From Escherichia coli (GTDB taxonomy: Bacteria > Pseudomonadota > Gammaproteobacteria > Enterobacterales > Enterobacteriaceae), in the NCBI RefSeq assembly GCF_051903065.1, contig NZ_CP178438.1: a DNA stretch of 64,000 nucleotides; one strand, 5' to 3'. The position numbers and the translations under genes are program-made. Under the pieces are notes generated by a model. The model saw only the letters and a list, made by a program, of their open reading frames with translations. It did not search any database and was not told the origin of the DNA. Of the stretch, positions 48,011 to 61,408 are shown one piece after another (the first letter of the stretch is position 1; each line of letters starts with the position of its first letter).

Positions 48011-49048
48011 TCATCTGAAATCCGTCAGTTGAACAACCGTCTCACGCGTAAGACGTTGAATAAGGGCAGATAAAAGTTGCTCCATCTGCAAAATGTCGCG
48101 GCAATCGGCAATCGACGCGGCGCAATGTCCGTGGCGGGTGGCAGGCCCCATCACCACTGTGGGTACGCCAGTACCGGTTAAGTGCACCGCTCCACCGTCC
48201 GTGCCGCCGTTACTGAACATATCCGCCTGTAACGGCACGCCAATTTCTGCCGCCACGGTTTCGATCCAGGCGGTGAGTTTTGGCGGCGCAATCAGTGACT
48301 TGTCGCTTAACACCAGCATCGGGCCGTTACCAATCTGGCGATGGTTAGCCGCGCCATAATCAAAGTTTTTCGCCCAGCAGGCGGTATCAAGGACAATGGC
48401 GACGTCCGGCGACACCGCGCGGGTGGCAGTTTGCCCGCCGCGTAACCCCACCTCTTCGCTGGAACTTGCCACCAGCCACACTTCCGCAGGCAGTTCGACG
48501 TCGTGCAGCTCACGTAGTAACGTCACCAGCAGATAGCAACCGAGGCGGTCATCAAAGGCTTTCCCCATCACTCGCTGGTGGGGGAGAACCTGAAAAGTGG
48601 TATCGAACGTGACGCGATCGCCTGGACGAATTCCCGCCTGCATCACTTCGTCATACGAGCGCGCGCCAATATCCACGCGCATGGCGCTGACATCATTCCC
48701 CTGCCGGTCGCCGTCAAGCAGGCCTGGAATTTTGCACTCTTCACGGGTGGTGATGCGCACCGGCTGCAGCTGGCGGGCAGCCATGCGTACATTGCCAACC
48801 GGCAGCACATCAATCGCCCCTTCGCGGGAGATACTGCGCACCATAAATCCAACTTCGTCCATATGCGCACAGATCATCACTTTCGGACCTGTCGATTCAT
48901 TGAGGCGGATCAGCACCGATCCCAGCCCATCAAATCGCACTTCTTTTTGCAGGCGATCCGCTTCTTCCAGCAGGATCTGCCGCACTTCCTGTTCCGAGGA
49001 GGCGATCGCATCTGCCTCGCTCAACGCTTTTAATAGCGATAAATCCAT
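48011..49048 (-). CDS. ypdE: Aminopeptidase YpdE (M42 family)
   Basis: 345 aa [26 protein letters not shown]. Confidence 0.95.
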   Translation of the reverse strand: MDLSLLKALSEADAIASSEQEVRQILLEEADRLQKEVRFDGLGSVLIRLNESTGPKVMICAHMDEVGFMVRSISREGAIDVLPVGNVRMAARQLQPVRITTREECKIPGLLDGDRQGNDVSAMRVDIGARSYDEVMQAGIRPGDRVTFDTTFQVLPHQRVMGKAFDDRLGCYLLVTLLRELHDVELPAEVWLVASSSEEVGLRGGQTATRAVSPDVAIVLDTACWAKNFDYGAANHRQIGNGPMLVLSDKSLIAPPKLTAWIETVAAEIGVPLQADMFSNGGTDGGAVHLTGTGVPTVVMGPATRHGHCAASIADCRDILQMEQLLSALIQRLTRETVVQLTDFR

Positions 49049-50133
49049 TATGCCTCTCCCGTGAGCAACACTGTTTTCGGCATGGCGTAGAGCACTTCTG
49101 CGCCTTGCGGGGTGACCAGCACAACATCCTCGATGCGCACGCCCCCTTGCCCTGGCAAATAAATCCCCGGCTCCACGGTCAGTAACATGCCTGGCTGTAG
49201 CGTCGTGGTATCCCGCGGTGAAAAGCGCGGATCTTCGTGTACTTCAATGCCAATAGCATGACCGGTGTTGTGACCAAAATAGTCGCCAAATCCTGCCTCG
49301 GTAATCACCCGACGCGCGGCTTCGTCAACCTGCTGGCAGCGCACACCGGGGCGAATTGCAGAGATTGCTGCGAGCTGTGCCTGCAAAACAATCTGATAGA
49401 CGTTAAACAGCGGATGAGATTCGGCGCTCACCCCTTCGCCATTCACCAGCAAGGTGCGCGTCATATCAGAGCAGTAGCCCTGATACAGCGCACCGAAATC
49501 GAGAGTGACAAACTCGCCCGCTGCAACAATCTTGTCGCTGGCTTTGCCGTGCGGCAGCGCCCCACGCCAGCCACTGGCAACAATGGTGTCAAAAGAGGTT
49601 TTTTCTGCGCCCTGCTGGCGCATAAACCACTCCAGTTCAGCGGCTATCTCGCGCTCGCTCATCCCCGCCTGAATAAAGCGGCGAATATGCTCTGCACCGC
49701 GATCGGCAATCCCACAGGCAAGGCGGATTTTCTCCACCTCCTCTGGCGTTTTGATTTGCCGCAGCACATCCGGCGTGGCGCTAACCAGTTTCGCATTGAG
49801 TTCAGACTGCCAGCGGTGCGCGGTTTCCCAACTCACCTGCTGGCCTTCAAAACCGAGCGTTTGCAACTGTTCATCGGCAATGATTTCATTGACGATGGTT
49901 GCAAGCGTGTGTGTCGCGTCAAGCAAATGCAGCTGGTAACCTTGCGTACGAGCTTCTACATCCGCGTAATAGCGCGAGTCCACCAGAATGTGCTCACTTT
50001 CACGGCTAATCAGCACATAGCCTGATCCGGTGGAGATCCCCAGATGCGGCTGTTTGTTCTGCCGTGAGGAGAGAAGCACTGCATCCAGTTGTTGCGCCTT
50101 AAGCCAGTCGCGCAGCGAAGCGAGTAATGTCAT
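49048..50133 (-). CDS. ypdF: Xaa-Pro aminopeptidase YpdF (M24 family)
   Basis: 361 aa; M24 metal-binding residues present. Confidence 0.95.
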   Translation of the reverse strand: MTLLASLRDWLKAQQLDAVLLSSRQNKQPHLGISTGSGYVLISRESEHILVDSRYYADVEARTQGYQLHLLDATHTLATIVNEIIADEQLQTLGFEGQQVSWETAHRWQSELNAKLVSATPDVLRQIKTPEEVEKIRLACGIADRGAEHIRRFIQAGMSEREIAAELEWFMRQQGAEKTSFDTIVASGWRGALPHGKASDKIVAAGEFVTLDFGALYQGYCSDMTRTLLVNGEGVSAESHPLFNVYQIVLQAQLAAISAIRPGVRCQQVDEAARRVITEAGFGDYFGHNTGHAIGIEVHEDPRFSPRDTTTLQPGMLLTVEPGIYLPGQGGVRIEDVVLVTPQGAEVLYAMPKTVLLTGEA

Positions 50134-50147
50134 CTGGATTTTCCTTC

Positions 50148-51395
50148 TTACAGGCTATCGATTAACAATTTGCCTTTGCGGAACATCATCAGACGCAGGA
50201 ACACCACCATCAGCGCAGTAATGATTGCCCCCAGCGCGATCCCCGCCATATAGACGCCCAAGTTAGTGACCAGCGGCCATGCCCAGATAGCGGACTCCGG
50301 GAACCATTGCACTGCGCCCAGCCAGACAGCTGCGGTTGAGCCGACAATCGCGCCAACCATATAGGACGGAATGGCGGTGATGGGGCTTTCCAGTGCAAAC
50401 GGAATCGCACCCTCACTAATCCCCATAAACGCCAGGAACATCGCGGTTTTACCCTGCGGATAAAGCTGAGCACTGAACAGACGTTTGCCGGTTAAACGGC
50501 GGTCGATAATGGTCGCCAGACCCAGACCAATCGGCGGAATAACAATAGCGATAGAACGAGCGGTGACCGGTAATACGTGGTCAGTGGTAAAGCTGAAGGC
50601 AACGAAACCTGCGGCTTTGTTGATCGGGCCACCAAGGTCGATTGCTGTCGCCGCGGCGATCCCCATTGCGTACATCAGCGCGCCCTTCTCACCTGCGGCA
50701 GTCAGCACAGTACGGATACCGCCGTTGATCCAGCCCTCAAATGGGGTGATGACGTAGTACATCGCCAGCATGACAAAAATGGCGGAAAGAATCGGTAGCA
50801 AAAATGTGGTTTTGAACGCTAACAGGAAATCCGGTAACTGGATTTTCTGGTTCATCCATTTCACAAGGTAACCGGCAACGATAGAAATAATCAGCGCACC
50901 AATGAAGGTGGACGGCACCGGCGAAGAGGTCGCCCATTGCATAGTGCTGGGATCGAAGTTCAGCAGTTGCGTCGGCTGGGTAGACATCAAGCCGCCGATA
51001 AAACCAGCCGGAAACGCCAGTTTGCCACCGATAGAGTTCGCCACAAAAGCAGCAAACATCGGAATGGCAAAACCAAACAACACGCCGCCGAAGGACTGCG
51101 ACAACCAGGCAAATTTCAGTAAGGAGAGGTCGAAACCGGAGAATTTCCCGCTATTAAGAGCATCCATGATGCCGATCTCAGCAGGAATTTTAAGCCAGCT
51201 ATAAGCAATCAGCTGGCTGAAAGCGAGGATCACACCGCCCATAATTAAGGTCGGCACCATGCGTGAAATCCCTGACATCACATGCTGCGGGAGTTCACCC
51301 CAGAAGGTGCTTTTAGAGGCCTGCGGATTCTTAACTGCCGCTGCCGCACCGGATGCGCCAGGCACAACGGTTGCACTGCGTTTTTTAATGGCCAT
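50148..51395 (-). CDS. fryC: PTS fructose-like IIC component FryC
   Basis: 415 aa polytopic membrane protein. Confidence 0.95.
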   Translation of the reverse strand: MAIKKRSATVVPGASGAAAAVKNPQASKSTFWGELPQHVMSGISRMVPTLIMGGVILAFSQLIAYSWLKIPAEIGIMDALNSGKFSGFDLSLLKFAWLSQSFGGVLFGFAIPMFAAFVANSIGGKLAFPAGFIGGLMSTQPTQLLNFDPSTMQWATSSPVPSTFIGALIISIVAGYLVKWMNQKIQLPDFLLAFKTTFLLPILSAIFVMLAMYYVITPFEGWINGGIRTVLTAAGEKGALMYAMGIAAATAIDLGGPINKAAGFVAFSFTTDHVLPVTARSIAIVIPPIGLGLATIIDRRLTGKRLFSAQLYPQGKTAMFLAFMGISEGAIPFALESPITAIPSYMVGAIVGSTAAVWLGAVQWFPESAIWAWPLVTNLGVYMAGIALGAIITALMVVFLRLMMFRKGKLLIDSL

Positions 51396-51416
51396 AACAA
51401 TTATCCCTGTCGAATA

Positions 51417-51743
51417 TTACTGTTGTTCAGAGGCAATCATCTCTTCGATTTCTTTGATGATGCCCGCAGCGTTTTTAATTGCGTCCTGCAAAGTGATTTC
51501 ATAAACGTCGCGTGATTCGAAACGTTCGTTATCTTCCGGGGTAACTGCCACGGAGTGGATGATGATGGTCGCTTCGGCGATATCCTGCGCCGTCAGGCGA
51601 TTCTGGATACCGTCCGCGCCCTGGGTTTCAATTTTCACTTCATAACCGGCTTCTACCGCTGCTTCTTCCAGCGCCTGAGCGGCCATAAAGGTGTGAGCCA
51701 GGCCCATCGGGCAGGCACATAAGGCAATCAGTTTCTTACTCAT
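51417..51743 (-). CDS. fryB: PTS fructose-like IIB component FryB
   Basis: 108 aa from ATG 51743 (MSKKLIALCACPMGLAHTFMAAQ...); Cys in CACPMG motif. Confidence 0.9.
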   Translation of the reverse strand: MSKKLIALCACPMGLAHTFMAAQALEEAAVEAGYEVKIETQGADGIQNRLTAQDIAEATIIIHSVAVTPEDNERFESRDVYEITLQDAIKNAAGIIKEIEEMIASEQQ

Positions 51744-51962
51744 CGTTAATTCCTCGTTCAGTGATAGTTGACGAGTGAAATTATGAACGTGCAAAACAAA
51801 TCGCCGTTACCAGACAAATAATGCATTTACTGGAGAATTAATCCCGCTGTACGGAAGTGTGACGCAGGTCGGTCTGGTGAGGAGGACACAAAGAAAAATT
51901 GAATTAACTGTATGATTTAAAAGATTATCGGGAGAGTTACCTCCCGATATAACAGGAAGGAT

Positions 51963-52928
51963 TTACAGAATGTGACCTAAGGTCTGGCGTAAATGTGCAC
52001 CGGAACCGAGAAGCCCCGGATTGTCATGGACGATGAGATACACCGGAATATCATGGACATATTCTTTAAAGCGCCCTTTATCTTCAAATGCGGCACGGAA
52101 ACCAGAGGCTTTGAAGAACTCAAGGAAGCGCGGCACGATACCGCCCGCAATAAACACGCCCCCAAATGTCCCGAGATTGAGCGCCAGATTGCCGCCAAAA
52201 CGGCCCATAATGACGCAAAACAGCGACAACGCACGGCGGCAATCGGTGCAGCTGTCAGCCAGCGCGCGTTCGGTAATATCTTTTGGCTTGAGATTTTCTG
52301 GCAGGCGGTTGTCGGCTTTAACAATTGCGCGATACAAATTCACCAGTCCTGGGCCAGAAAGCACACGTTCCGCCGAAACATGACCAATTTCCGCACGCAA
52401 TATTTCGAGGATAATGGCCTCTTCTTCACTATTCGGCGCAAAATCAACGTGACCGCCTTCGCCCGGCAAGCTTACCCAACGCTTATCGACATGGACCAGA
52501 TGCGCAACCCCAAGCCCCGTTCCGGCACCGTAAACCGCAATAGGCTTACCTTCTACCGGTTCTGCGCCACCAAACTGAATCAGATGCTCTTTTTTCAGCA
52601 TCGGGATCGCCATCGATACAGCGGTAAAATCGTTAATAATTTCCAGATGGCTAAAACCGAGATTCTTTTTCATTTCGGCAATTGAGAACGCCCAGGTATG
52701 GTTGGTCATTGCCACCCAGTCATCGGTAATTGGGCAAGCGATGGCAATACAGCCGTCTTTCACCTCGACCTTATGTTCTTCAAGATAAACGCGAATGACC
52801 GCTTCGAGGCTGGGGTAATCAAGCCCTGAATAGGTCTTAGCCTGCGAGATTTCACCACTGGCAATATCACACAGAGCAAGACGTGCGTTGGTGCCGCCCA
52901 CATCACCGACTAATGCATACTTTGTCAT
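51963..52928 (-). CDS. glk: Glucokinase
   Basis: 321 aa [21 protein letters not shown]. Confidence 0.95.
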   Translation of the reverse strand: MTKYALVGDVGGTNARLALCDIASGEISQAKTYSGLDYPSLEAVIRVYLEEHKVEVKDGCIAIACPITDDWVAMTNHTWAFSIAEMKKNLGFSHLEIINDFTAVSMAIPMLKKEHLIQFGGAEPVEGKPIAVYGAGTGLGVAHLVHVDKRWVSLPGEGGHVDFAPNSEEEAIILEILRAEIGHVSAERVLSGPGLVNLYRAIVKADNRLPENLKPKDITERALADSCTDCRRALSLFCVIMGRFGGNLALNLGTFGGVFIAGGIVPRFLEFFKASGFRAAFEDKGRFKEYVHDIPVYLIVHDNPGLLGSGAHLRQTLGHIL

Positions 52929-53131
52929 TCTTCAACTGCTCCGCTAAAGTCAAAATAATTCTTTCTCACACTGTAAATACCTGGGGGCATAACAACAACG
53001 CCGGAAAGGCAGGCTCCCTGTAAATATCGATCTGGGTCACACAATTACTTTATCGTTTCAGCACCAATTGCAGCGATGCCTTTTTGCAAGCTGGGCAAAC
53101 TAAGTATCTGACCCCGCATAAGGAATAGAAC

Positions 53132-54388
53132 ATGCTCCATCCGCGAGCCAGAACCATGTTGTTATTATCGCTCCCCGCCGTGGCAATTGGGATTGCGTCC
53201 AGTCTTATTCTGATTGTGGTGATGAAAATCGCCTCGGTATTACAGAATTTGCTCTGGCAACGACTGCCGGGAACTCTGGGGATAGCCCAGGATTCACCCC
53301 TCTGGATCATCGGTGTATTAACGCTAACGGGTATTGCGGTGGGGTTGGTTATCCGTTTCAGCCAGGGTCATGCCGGACCAGACCCCGCCTGTGAACCGCT
53401 GATCGGCGCACCGGTTCCGCCCTCTGCGCTACCAGGACTTATCGTAGCATTAATTCTCGGTCTTGCTGGCGGCGTCAGCCTGGGGCCGGAACATCCGATC
53501 ATGACCGTCAATATCGCCCTTGCGGTTGCCATTGGCGCTCGTCTGTTACCGCGCGTCAACCGAATGGAGTGGACTATTTTAGCCTCTGCCGGAACCATCG
53601 GCGCGCTGTTTGGTACACCTGTTGCGGCGGCGTTGATATTTTCGCAAACCTTAAATGGCAGTAGTGAAGTTCCGCTATGGGATCGTCTTTTTGCGCCGTT
53701 AATGGCGGCAGCAGCTGGTGCACTTACTACCGGATTATTTTTCCATCCCCATTTTTCACTGCCCATTGCGCATTACGGACAGATGGAAATGACCGATATT
53801 CTCAGCGGTGCAATTGTCGCGGCGATTGCCATCGCAGCAGGGATGGTCGCCGTATGGTGCTTACCACGGTTGCACGCGATGATGCATCAAATGAAAAATC
53901 CGGTGCTCGTGCTGGGTATTGGCGGATTTATTCTCGGTATTCTGGGGGTTATTGGTGGACCAGTTTCGCTGTTTAAAGGGCTGGATGAGATGCAGCAGAT
54001 GGTGGCAAATCAGGCTTTCAGCACCAGCGATTACTTTTTGCTGGCGGTAATTAAACTTGCCGCCCTGGTCGTTGCTGCCGCCAGTGGCTTTCGCGGTGGG
54101 CGAATCTTCCCGGCAGTGTTTGTCGGCGTGGCATTAGGGTTGATGCTGCATGAGCACGTTCCCGCCGTACCAGCGGCAATAACCGTTTCCTGCGCTATTC
54201 TCGGCATCGTGCTGGTGGTAACACGCGATGGCTGGTTAAGTCTTTTTATGGCGGCAGTCGTTGTACCCAATACCACATTGCTACCGCTGCTCTGTATCGT
54301 CATGCTTCCGGCATGGCTGTTATTAGCAGGTAAGCCGATGATGATGGTCAATCGTCCGAAGCAACAGCCACCCCACGATAACGTTTAG
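53132..54388 (+). CDS. yfeO: ClC-family ion channel/transporter homologue YfeO
   Basis: 418 aa polytopic membrane protein. Confidence 0.9.
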
Positions 54389-54502
54389 CAAAAAATGCTC
54401 TCCTTTATGATTTAAGAGTTATGGCGATGATACGGGGCTTTACCTCCCCGTAATATTGCGTTAACAGGCCGCTGACGGCTTCGATCGTGAAGGAGAATAA
54501 CA

Positions 54503-54829
54503 ATGTTCAGGTCACTGTTTCTGGCGGCCGCCCTGATGGCATTTACCCCGCTTGCGGCAAACGCAGGCGAAATCACCCTACTGCCATCAATCAAATTACA
54601 AATTGGCGATCGCGATCATTACGGTAATTACTGGGACGGTGGTCACTGGCGCGACCGTGACTACTGGCATCGCAATTATGAATGGCGTAAAAACCGCTGG
54701 TGGCGTCATGATAATGGCTACCATCGTGGCTGGGATAAGCGTAAAGCATATGAGCGTGGCTATCGTGAAGGCTGGCGCGATCGTGACGATCATCGCGGAA
54801 AAGGCCGCGGACATGGACACCGCCATTAA
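54503..54829 (+). CDS. ypeC: Periplasmic protein YpeC (Arg/Trp/His-rich)
   Basis: 108 aa, signal peptide then [18 protein letters not shown] repeats. Confidence 0.85.
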
Positions 54830-54853
54830 ACACATTCGCCAATGGAGCACAAT

Positions 54854-54965
<112 letters not shown>

Positions 54966-54969
54966 TCAA

Positions 54970-56217
<1,248 letters not shown>

Positions 56218-56219
56218 CT

Positions 56220-56241
56220 AAAACATAGCCTTTGCTATGTT
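56220..56241. promoter_or_regulatory. MntR operator-like palindrome upstream of mntH
   Basis: aaacatagc-cttt-gctatgttt perfect 9-bp inverted repeat 12 bp upstream of mntH start. Confidence 0.65.
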
Positions 56242-56261
56242 TCATGCTATGCCAAACGAGA

Positions 56262-56280
56262 ATGATTATCAAATTCATTT
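56262..56280. promoter_or_regulatory. Fur box-like sequence in mntH promoter region
   Basis: aatgattatcaaattcatt resembles GATAATGATAATCATTATC consensus. Confidence 0.35.
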
Positions 56281-56543
56281 AAATGGGTTGTGGTGATTTC
56301 TCTGATAGACCAGGATTATGACTACGAAAAGATTGATGACTTGAATGTTATGGTTATGTTTAATGTTAGCACATTTACATAACTTTCAGCTTCCATACAC
56401 AACATAGCAGAAATGTATGACAGCTCACTATTTTTGAAGCTTGTCACAGGACGTCATTATAGTGTGTGTCAGATCTCGTTTTCCTTAACCATGTTACATA
56501 GAATGTGCACGGAAATTTAACCTGCCTCATATTTGGAGCAAAT

Positions 56544-57746
56544 ATGGACCGCGTCCTTCATTTTGTACTGGCACTTGCCGTTGTTGCGATTCTCGCACTG
56601 CTGGTAAGCAGCGACCGCAAAAAAATTCGTATCCGTTATGTTATTCAACTGCTTGTTATCGAAGTGTTACTGGCGTGGTTCTTCCTGAACTCCGACGTTG
56701 GTTTAGGCTTCGTGAAAGGCTTCTCCGAAATGTTCGAAAAACTGCTCGGATTTGCCAACGAAGGGACTAACTTCGTCTTTGGTAGCATGAATGATCAAGG
56801 CCTGGCATTCTTCTTCCTGAAAGTGCTGTGCCCAATCGTCTTTATCTCTGCACTGATCGGTATTCTCCAGCACATTCGCGTGTTGCCGGTGATTATCCGC
56901 GCAATTGGTTTCCTGCTCTCCAAAGTCAACGGCATGGGCAAACTGGAATCCTTTAACGCCGTCAGCTCCCTGATTCTGGGTCAGTCTGAAAACTTTATTG
57001 CCTATAAAGATATCCTCGGCAAAATCTCCCGTAATCGTATGTACACCATGGCAGCAACGGCGATGTCCACCGTGTCGATGTCCATCGTTGGTGCATACAT
57101 GACCATGCTGGAGCCGAAATATGTCGTTGCAGCGCTGGTACTGAATATGTTCAGCACCTTTATCGTGCTGTCGCTGATCAACCCTTACCGTGTTGATGCC
57201 AGTGAAGAAAACATTCAGATGTCCAACCTGCACGAAGGTCAGAGCTTCTTCGAAATGCTGGGTGAATACATTCTGGCAGGTTTCAAAGTTGCCATTATCG
57301 TTGCCGCAATGCTGATTGGCTTTATCGCCCTGATCGCCGCGCTGAACGCACTGTTTGCCACCGTGACTGGCTGGTTTGGCTACAGCATCTCCTTCCAGGG
57401 CATCCTGGGCTACATCTTCTATCCGATTGCATGGGTGATGGGTGTTCCGTCCAGCGAAGCACTGCAAGTGGGCAGTATCATGGCGACCAAACTGGTTTCT
57501 AACGAGTTCGTTGCGATGATGGATCTGCAGAAAATTGCCTCTACACTCTCTCCGCGTGCTGAAGGCATCATCTCTGTGTTCCTGGTTTCCTTCGCTAACT
57601 TCTCTTCAATCGGGATTATCGCAGGTGCAGTTAAAGGCCTGAATGAAGAGCAAGGTAACGTGGTTTCTCGCTTCGGTCTGAAGCTGGTTTACGGCTCTAC
57701 CCTGGTGAGTGTGCTGTCTGCGTCAATCGCAGCACTGGTGCTGTAA
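56544..57746 (+). CDS. nupC: Nucleoside:H+ symporter NupC (CNT family)
   Basis: 400 aa from ATG 56544 ([14 protein letters not shown]...); ORF track begins 13 codons upstream. Confidence 0.95.
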
Positions 57747-57749
57747 GAC

Positions 57750-57790
57750 CATACATAAAAAAGCCGGGGATAATTCCCCGGCTTTTTTAC
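57750..57790. terminator. Bidirectional rho-independent terminator between nupC and yfeA
   Basis: aaaaaa-gccgggga-taat-tccccggc-tttttt. Confidence 0.75.
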
Positions 57791-57795
57791 GCCTG

Positions 57796-59985
57796 TTAAT
57801 CAGCTAATGGCTGCGGGCGACCAATCAAATACCCTTGCAGATATTGCACCCCGAGCTTATGCAATAGCGCCTGTTGCTGTTGCGTCTCGACAAACTCCGC
57901 GACCACACTCAATGACTTCGCTTTCGCCAGATCGGTAATTGATCTCACAATCATCGCATCCAGCGTGTTCGTGACGATATCTTTCACAAAGACGCCATCA
58001 ATTTTGATGATATCAGCCTGCAAACGCTTTAACCGTTCGTAGTTGGCATAGCCGGTGCCAAAGTCATCAATCGCAATCCGGAAACCAAACTTATGCAGCT
58101 GCTCGATGTTGTACATGCTGCTTTCTGCGTTAGAAAACGCCTGCTCCTCGGTGATCTCAAGAATGACCGCCTGCGGGGAGATGTGATAACGCTTAAACAG
58201 ACGAATAATCCGCCCGGCAATATTCTTTTGCAGCAGCGTGAGCGGCATTAAATTGACTGAAAAGCGCGGTCCTTTTTTGTCGCAAGGGTGTGTTGCCAGC
58301 CACTTCAACAAGGATTCCAGCACTTGCAAATCAAAACGCGCGCTAAGGTTAAACTGAGCAATAAGGGGCAGAAACTTATCCGGGGTCATAATGCCGCCGT
58401 CATACTTCAGTCGCGCGAGGATCTCATCATAACCTTCACCCTCTTTGTTGCGAATTGGCTGGGCGTAGAGCAGCAAATCACCCTGATCTAACGCCGTGCG
58501 AATGGTATTCAGCAATAGCACCTGTTTAGTGGTCTGCCCGGAAACCATCTCCTCTCTGCTATCCAGCGCCAGCACATGATGATGTGCACAGGATTGCTCC
58601 GCCAGCCAGCTTAACTGCCCCAACAAGGGTTGCAGGGTTTCCTGATTTCCATCAAAACGCCCCCAGGCAGCACCATAGCCCATATCCAGCCCGGTATTGT
58701 TCCAGTGAATTTGCCGACTATTCAGGATGTTAACCATATGCTGGAGTCGCCCTTCCGTTTCAGGCCCGCTCAGCACTAACAGCAGTTCACTACCCGGCAA
58801 TTGATACAACTTTTCGTTTTCCTGCATCAACGGCAGCAGCGTACGGTAAATTGATCGGATACAGTGAACGCGCATCATTAACCCGTAATGACGACTCATA
58901 AACTCAAGATTATCAATGCGCAGGCAGCAAAAACTCTTGCCCGCCTCTTGCTCCGGCGCTTGTTCCAACGCACGAAAATTGGGTAGGAGCGTTAACGGAT
59001 CGGTCAGCGCCTGCAAATGCCAGCGTCGATTAAGCCATTCACTGCGATGATAAATGCGCACCATATAGAGCAGGCAAACGCTAAAGGAAATCAGCACCGC
59101 GAGAATAAATGCCAGCGAATATTCGGTTTCCACCCCTTGCAAAAAGTTCTGGTTGTAATTCAGCAGGCAAAGCGTTGAAACAGCCCAAGTGAGATTTAAA
59201 AACGGATAGCGAAGCTTACCGACCCCGAGGGTAAAGATGATGAAGAAAACGGGTACCAGGTAACCGGCAATAAAGTCGTTTTCATAAGGTGTGCACAACA
59301 GAAGTAGCAGCACGCTTAACGCTGCCAGCCAGCTTAAGGTAAATGCGCGTTTCTCTTTGCCCAACGACGGAGCGATATCCCTGCGCCACAATATCTGCGC
59401 AAAGTGGGGACTTACAATCATGCGAGTGAGATAGTAGAAAAGCATGTTGTAAATCAGCACCGCGGTGAAAAGGCTTAGTAAATCCACGACCGTGAAAATG
59501 GCATCCGCATCGCCGAAAAAGGTGGATATCTTTAGCGGGAAATCAAAGAAGCTCCCCACAAGATACATGCTGCATTTGATGCCGATCGGCGTCACCAAAC
59601 CAAGCCAGAACAGACGTTGCCAGACATATCGACTGGTCAATCCATAACGCCAACGCGTCCCCAGCTGCCAGCGTAATATTGCGCAGGCACACAACACGAC
59701 AAACGTCTGGCTACCGAGCATGACCGCAGTCTGTAAAAAAGAGAGATGAAAGTTCCACAGATTGGTGCAAAACATCCCGCATAAAACGGGAACGACACCG
59801 CGCCAGCCAAAGATAAACAAGATTGACAGCATTACGCACAGTGGCATCCACGCCAGAAAGATATAACTGGAATGGATAATGGCAAGTGGCGAAATAAAAC
59901 GGGATAGCTGAATAAGTACCACGGTGAGCGTAAACGCTAGTGTGAATATCTTGATATTTTTTATCAGGTTATGCTCCACAAACAT
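57796..59985 (-). CDS. yfeA: c-di-GMP phosphodiesterase with degenerate GGDEF and EAL domains (YfeA / PdeA)
   Basis: 729 aa from ATG 59985 (MFVEHNLIKNIK...); N-terminal membrane domain, C-terminal EAL. Confidence 0.85.
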   Translation of the reverse strand: MFVEHNLIKNIKIFTLAFTLTVVLIQLSRFISPLAIIHSSYIFLAWMPLCVMLSILFIFGWRGVVPVLCGMFCTNLWNFHLSFLQTAVMLGSQTFVVLCACAILRWQLGTRWRYGLTSRYVWQRLFWLGLVTPIGIKCSMYLVGSFFDFPLKISTFFGDADAIFTVVDLLSLFTAVLIYNMLFYYLTRMIVSPHFAQILWRRDIAPSLGKEKRAFTLSWLAALSVLLLLLCTPYENDFIAGYLVPVFFIIFTLGVGKLRYPFLNLTWAVSTLCLLNYNQNFLQGVETEYSLAFILAVLISFSVCLLYMVRIYHRSEWLNRRWHLQALTDPLTLLPNFRALEQAPEQEAGKSFCCLRIDNLEFMSRHYGLMMRVHCIRSIYRTLLPLMQENEKLYQLPGSELLLVLSGPETEGRLQHMVNILNSRQIHWNNTGLDMGYGAAWGRFDGNQETLQPLLGQLSWLAEQSCAHHHVLALDSREEMVSGQTTKQVLLLNTIRTALDQGDLLLYAQPIRNKEGEGYDEILARLKYDGGIMTPDKFLPLIAQFNLSARFDLQVLESLLKWLATHPCDKKGPRFSVNLMPLTLLQKNIAGRIIRLFKRYHISPQAVILEITEEQAFSNAESSMYNIEQLHKFGFRIAIDDFGTGYANYERLKRLQADIIKIDGVFVKDIVTNTLDAMIVRSITDLAKAKSLSVVAEFVETQQQQALLHKLGVQYLQGYLIGRPQPLAD

Positions 59986-60192
59986 GAGTACACTACTCTC
60001 ACTGATCGGGGTTTTCAGGCACACAAATAATAAGTTTATTCGCATTGCGAAGCAAACAGGGGCCATCCTGTTGCCGATTTTTCATCCAATGATGCTTTCA
60101 CCAGGCGGCACTAACCCGGACGTAGACTGTATTACAAAAGCGGCAAAAAGCAGAGACAAAAAACCCCCGCTTTGCAGCGAGGGTTGGAAATT

Positions 60193-60268
<76 letters not shown>

Positions 60269-60307
60269 ACGATGCGTTTACGTACCAAATTTGCTGGGTG
60301 CAAAATT

Positions 60308-60383
<76 letters not shown>

Positions 60384-60618
60384 GTCACGTAAAGCTTGTC
60401 GAGTTGACGGGCGGCATCATATGAATTCCGCCCGAATGTGTCAACGGCAAATTGCAACGTGTAGTTTCAATCGCTGAAAAATCAGGCAAATGAACAATTT
60501 TGGAAAACCGCTCGCATTCAGTAGTTATTCATGTCACGGTTTCCTGTAAAGTGGTGCTATAAAATGAACTACTAATAGTCCCACATACATTCAGGGAATT
60601 GTTATGTTCAAGGAGAGG

Positions 60619-60963
60619 ATGACGCCAGATGAACTTGCCAGACTGACCGGCTATAGCCGCCAGACCATTAATAAATGGGTACGCAAGGAAGGCTGGACGA
60701 CGTCACCAAAACCAGGCGTCCAGGGTGGCAAAGCCCGACTGGTTCACGTCAATGAACAGGTTCGTGAATATATTCGTAATGCTGAACGTCCAGAAGGTCA
60801 GGGAGAAGCGCCTGCCCTTTCTGGTGATGCGCCGCTTGAAGTATTGCTGGTGACACTGGCGAAAGAGATGACGCCAGTTGAACAAAAACAGTTTACATCC
60901 TTGCTTCTGCGGGAAGGGATTATCGGATTGTTACAACGCTTAGGGATTCGCGATAGCAAATAA
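60619..60963 (+). CDS. yfeC: Putative DNA-binding protein YfeC
   Basis: 114 aa from ATG 60619 preceded by aggagagg; paralogous to YfeD. Confidence 0.85.
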   Translation: MTPDELARLTGYSRQTINKWVRKEGWTTSPKPGVQGGKARLVHVNEQVREYIRNAERPEGQGEAPALSGDAPLEVLLVTLAKEMTPVEQKQFTSLLLREGIIGLLQRLGIRDSK

Positions 60964-60964
60964 T

Positions 60965-61357
60965 ATGAAAAGATTACGCAATAAAATGACCACCGAAGAA
61001 CTGGCTGAATGCCTCGGTGTGGCTAAACAAACTGTTAACCGTTGGATCAGAGAAAAAGGCTGGAAAACGGAAAAATTTCCCGGCGTGAAAGGCGGTCGTG
61101 CCAGACTTATTCTGGTCGATACGCAAGTTTGCGAGTTTATTCAGAACACGCCTGCGTTCCATAACACACCAATGTTGATGGAAGCTGAAGAGAGAATTGC
61201 TGAATACGCTCCTGGAGCACGCGCCCCGGCGTATCGACAAATCATCAACGCGATAGATAATATGACAGACATTGAGCAGGAAAAAGTCGCGCAATTTTTG
61301 TCACGTGAAGGAATTCGCAATTTCCTCGCCCGTCTCGATATTGACGAATCAGCATAA
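60965..61357 (+). CDS. yfeD: Putative DNA-binding protein YfeD
   Basis: 130 aa, shares ...TVNRWIREKGWKT...PGVKGGRARL... pattern with YfeC. Confidence 0.85.
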   Translation: MKRLRNKMTTEELAECLGVAKQTVNRWIREKGWKTEKFPGVKGGRARLILVDTQVCEFIQNTPAFHNTPMLMEAEERIAEYAPGARAPAYRQIINAIDNMTDIEQEKVAQFLSREGIRNFLARLDIDESA

Positions 61358-61364
61358 ATAAAAA

Positions 61365-61395
61365 ACGGCAGGATATTATCTCCTGCCGTTTATCT
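61365..61395. terminator. Bidirectional terminator between yfeD and gltX
   Basis: aaaaa-acggcagga-tattatc-tcctgccgt-ttatcttttt. Confidence 0.7.
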
Positions 61396-61408
61396 TTTTA
61401 CACGCTAA

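Noticed and set aside
56703-57467. 254-aa ORF antisense to nupC
   Set aside because: Shadow ORF within a conserved transporter gene; His/Gln/Asp-rich translation unlike real proteins.
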